Source: a virus
DNA: 33,248 bases
Virus record (IMG/VR): IMGVR_UViG_3300029240_000028
Span: 1-33,248 of that record
Reading direction: 5' to 3' (one strand)
Within the stretch, counting starts at the first letter, position 1. The number at the start of each line of letters is the position of its first letter. Position numbers and translations under genes: made by a program. Of the stretch, positions 32,207 to 33,248 are shown piece after piece. Under the pieces are notes generated by a model. It ran no database searches. It saw only the letters and a program-made list of their open reading frames with translations, and was not told where the DNA came from.

Positions 32207-32250
32207 CCTCTTTTATGTGCTATAATTGGTACATAAAGGAGGATTTTTTT
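32207..32250 (+). terminator. Long terminator hairpin that contains the endolysin SD in its 3' arm and an extended -10 box in its loop
   Basis: CCTCTTTTATGTGC (32207-32220) pairs with GTACATAAAGGAGG (32229-32242). Loop TATAATTG. Then ATTTTTTT. Confidence 0.65.
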
Positions 32251-32251
32251 A

Positions 32252-33013
32252 ATAAATTATCAAAATTTCAAAAAAGCCGTATTAGGCAAAGCTTTCGACA
32301 TTGACGGATACTATGGTGCTCAATGTTGGGACGGATTCGCAAAGTACATGATTGATTTAGGATATAAGGCTATCCATTGTACAACGAGCAAATTTGTGAA
32401 AGACATTTGGAACAATCGAAAAACAAATGGTATCTTGAACTATTGTAATGAGGTCTCAATTATGCAACCTGGAGACATTGCGGTATTTAAAGAAGTAGCA
32501 GGATGGACTCCATATTCACATATCGCAATCTTTGATTCTGATATTGACGGAAAGCAAGGATGGTTCTTAGGACAGAATCAAGGTGGAAAGAATGGAGCAT
32601 TTACCTTATGTAAATTGCCTTATTATGCTACATTCGATACTGCGTTTAGACCTAAATGTTTCGCAAATAGTGGAGCTACAAGTCCAAGCATTCCACAACC
32701 TGTAGAAGCAATTGACCAAATTTTGCACGCAGGTTCTTACGTTACATCCGTACAAATGAAGATTGGAAATCAAGGCTTGAAACAAATCAATGGCGATTTA
32801 TGCGCATACCTTGCACCATTGGGTGGTTGGTTTCCGATTCGCTTAGTTGATAAGGTACGTAATTCCGATGGATATAATGACAATGTATTGCATACCACAA
32901 ATGCCGTTGTCTATGTAACTAGAATTCGTGTTGATGAAGTCAATGTACAAAAGAATCTTGCGAAAATCGGTGGAATTTGGGTAAATTGTGGACCTTTAAT
33001 TGAAGTTGCATAA
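32252..33013 (+). CDS. Endolysin: N-terminal CHAP domain plus C-terminal SH3b-like wall-binding domain, proposed ATA start
   Basis: The catalytic-Cys motif DGYYGAQCWDGF lies upstream of the track start at 32348. The frame opens at 32237 with no canonical start. ATA 32252 lies 9 nt after GGAGG (32238-32242). The catalytic-His motif is YSHIAIF. Confidence 0.85.
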   Translation: MNYQNFKKAVLGKAFDIDGYYGAQCWDGFAKYMIDLGYKAIHCTTSKFVKDIWNNRKTNGILNYCNEVSIMQPGDIAVFKEVAGWTPYSHIAIFDSDIDGKQGWFLGQNQGGKNGAFTLCKLPYYATFDTAFRPKCFANSGATSPSIPQPVEAIDQILHAGSYVTSVQMKIGNQGLKQINGDLCAYLAPLGGWFPIRLVDKVRNSDGYNDNVLHTTNAVVYVTRIRVDEVNVQKNLAKIGGIWVNCGPLIEVA

Positions 33014-33049
33014 ATTACATATAAAACCTTAAACTATTTTTCGTATATT

Positions 33050-33080
33050 AGACCGTATGATTCTGTACGGTCTTTTTTTT
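33050..33080 (+). terminator. Intrinsic terminator after the endolysin gene
   Basis: AGACCGTA tgattctg TACGGTCT followed by T7. Confidence 0.8.
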
Positions 33081-33083
33081 ATG

Positions 33084-33092
33084 TGCTATAAT
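33084..33092 (+). promoter_or_regulatory. Extended -10 element TGCTATAAT (second copy of the 16-mer TTTTATGTGCTATAAT)
   Basis: Identical 16-mers at 32211-32226 and 33077-33092. Confidence 0.4.
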
Positions 33093-33138
33093 ATATATGG
33101 CTTTGAGGTTAATATTCATTTTGATGTTAATCTATGGT

Positions 33139-33165
33139 AGCTCTGTTTATACAGGGCTTTTTTTA
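33139..33165 (+). terminator. Intrinsic terminator about 50 nt downstream of the extended -10 element
   Basis: AGCTCTGT ttat ACAGGGCT (one G-U pair) followed by T-run. Confidence 0.55.
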
Positions 33166-33248
33166 TTTTCCTAAGACACATTTAATAAAACAGGATATAG
33201 ACATCATTAATGTCAAATAGACTTGTACAATTTACCTGTAAGTGAGGT

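Larger units (their letters stand above)
1..33248 (+). mobile_element. Temperate siphovirus-type (pro)phage genome: lysogeny, replication, packaging, head, tail and lysis modules
   Basis: Colinear phage modules recognised from the translated ORFs listed below. There is no integrase and no recognisable host gene in the window. Confidence 0.9.

Noticed and set aside
4180-32254. ATA starts explained as sequencing or assembly errors (ATG to ATA)
   Set aside because: This would need a dozen or more independent G-to-A errors, each exactly at the third base of a start codon and nowhere obviously disruptive elsewhere. Assembly noise does not produce that pattern. Resequencing would settle it.

Overview
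The window is a near-complete genome of a temperate, low-GC, Firmicutes-type siphovirus or prophage. No integrase is visible. Apart from a two-gene lysogeny module on the minus strand (190-1195), every gene is on the plus strand. Order of modules: cI-like repressor and switch region; early/replication genes (ArdC-N-like, ERF, NinB, RusA, a replication initiator with internal iterons, DUF3310, DUF551, SSB); an ArpU/sigma-r4-like late regulator; one tRNA; a ParB-like gene plus a radical-SAM gene; TerS, TerL and portal; an unusually placed tail-fibre/XkdX cassette; head morphogenesis, scaffold, major capsid and connector genes; major tail protein, chaperones, tape measure, Dit and a Gp37-like protein; holin; a ~2.6-kb accessory island; and a CHAP endolysin. 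The main finding is that at least 11, and possibly 15, homology-supported core genes have no ATG/GTG/TTG where translation must begin. These include the RusA-like resolvase, replication initiator, TerS, portal, two fibre proteins, major capsid, a connector, major tail, tape measure, Dit, probably the holin, and the endolysin. Each instead has an in-frame ATA 6-11 nt after a strong Shine-Dalgarno (SD) sequence, often overlapping the upstream stop as ATAG, ATAA or TAATA. The canonical-start ORF track therefore truncates these genes. The single tRNA (9415-9490) has anticodon UAU, complementary to AUA. It also carries initiator-tRNA hallmarks: a 1x72 mismatch, G2:C71, C3:G70, A73 and A11:U24. I infer a phage-encoded AUA-specific initiator tRNA system. 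This rests on sequence only and needs experimental testing.
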